A stretch of 63,993 bases of DNA, counting the filler, from Octopus bimaculoides (taxonomy: Eukaryota), in assembly GCF_001194135.2 (NCBI RefSeq). It is 8 parts of 7 records of this genome, joined end to end, with 100 filler letters (N's around TTAATTAATTAA, not from the genome) between each part and the next. Parts side by side here need not be neighbours in the genome. Positions count along the whole stretch, not along the records: positions 62,986 to 63,993 come from NW_026370703.1; 7 more parts are not named here. One strand, given 5' to 3'. Positions 63,271 through 63,993 of this stretch are shown piece by piece. The number at the start of each line of letters is the position of its first letter. Position 1 is the first letter of the stretch. The position numbers and the translations under genes are program-made. The notes under the pieces are model-generated. The model did not search any database. It saw only the letters and a program-made list of their open reading frames with translations, and was not told where the DNA came from.

Positions 63271-63993
63271 CCTCTTTTGTATTGTCTCTTTCTATCTTTC
63301 TGCATTATTTTCGCTTAGTCAGAGAGAAAATAAAAAAAAAACACGCATGATTCTTTTCACAGCCTTCGACATTAATGAGAAGAGGAAAATACTTATTCAA
63401 GCAGACGCGTATTGAAATCGAACTCGAAATCACATACTTGAGAAGTGAACATATTAACATACTTTAACACACTCACACACACACAAACATCGACTTGACT
63501 GGTACTGCAAGTGTTACTTAGTGGCTTTCAATAAACTGAAAGACCATTAGACAAAATTTGAAGTTAATCTCTCACAAGTACTTCATAATATATTTGACTC
63601 ACCTGTTAGTATTGAGTCCCCCAACTTAATAAATGTTTCACTGTTATTTTAAAATTAGGTTTTGAATTATAACGACTACTTAAAATTTATGCAAAGATGC
63701 AGTGAGAAGTAAGCCTGATTTTGACATGTATGTTTGCAAATCCGGATATGTTTCGGTCTTATTATGCCCCCTCAGTGTATACAAAATACACCCATAGAAT
63801 GACTGTGGAGATATAAAGATTTTGGTGTAAAAAAAAAAAAACGAAAAGAAACATTCACTGATAAAGCAATTTGAAATAATGACAGATAAGTTACCCAGGG
63901 ATGTCTTCTGCAGGGCAAAATAAGCAATGTTTTCATAGCACCAGACACCAATAATCTTCACTACGAAACTACTACCACCGCCAATATATATAT

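Overview
Gapped eukaryotic scaffold, AT-rich and dense in microsatellites. The SINE/LINE content and TTAGGG repeats suggest an octopus-like cephalopod genome (inference from my memory of these repeat families, not a database hit). I found no convincing host protein-coding exon, rRNA, true tRNA or CRISPR array. Most long ORFs in the track are N-gap or microsatellite read-through. The window consists mostly of decayed transposable elements: R4/Dong-type RLE retrotransposons, RTE and Tx1 LINEs, three tRNA-derived SINE families (my labels A, B, C), Tc1/mariner, hATm, hAT, piggyBac-type and Merlin/hAT-like MITEs, a Helitron end and a Penelope-like end. Main leads: (1) an R4/Dong-like family with nine junctions in (CATA)n microsatellite, all in the same orientation, suggesting sequence-specific targeting; (2) a minimal hammerhead ribozyme inside a Penelope-like inverted repeat; (3) a GG-ended MITE family with 8-bp TSDs carrying telomeric repeats; (4) an RTE-like C-terminus with three in-frame C2H2 fingers; (5) a CpG-rich higher-order ACGA/ACGT satellite and an apparently CpG-poor domain at about 32-50 kb. 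All translations and alignments were done by eye, so boundaries without a TSD are approximate.
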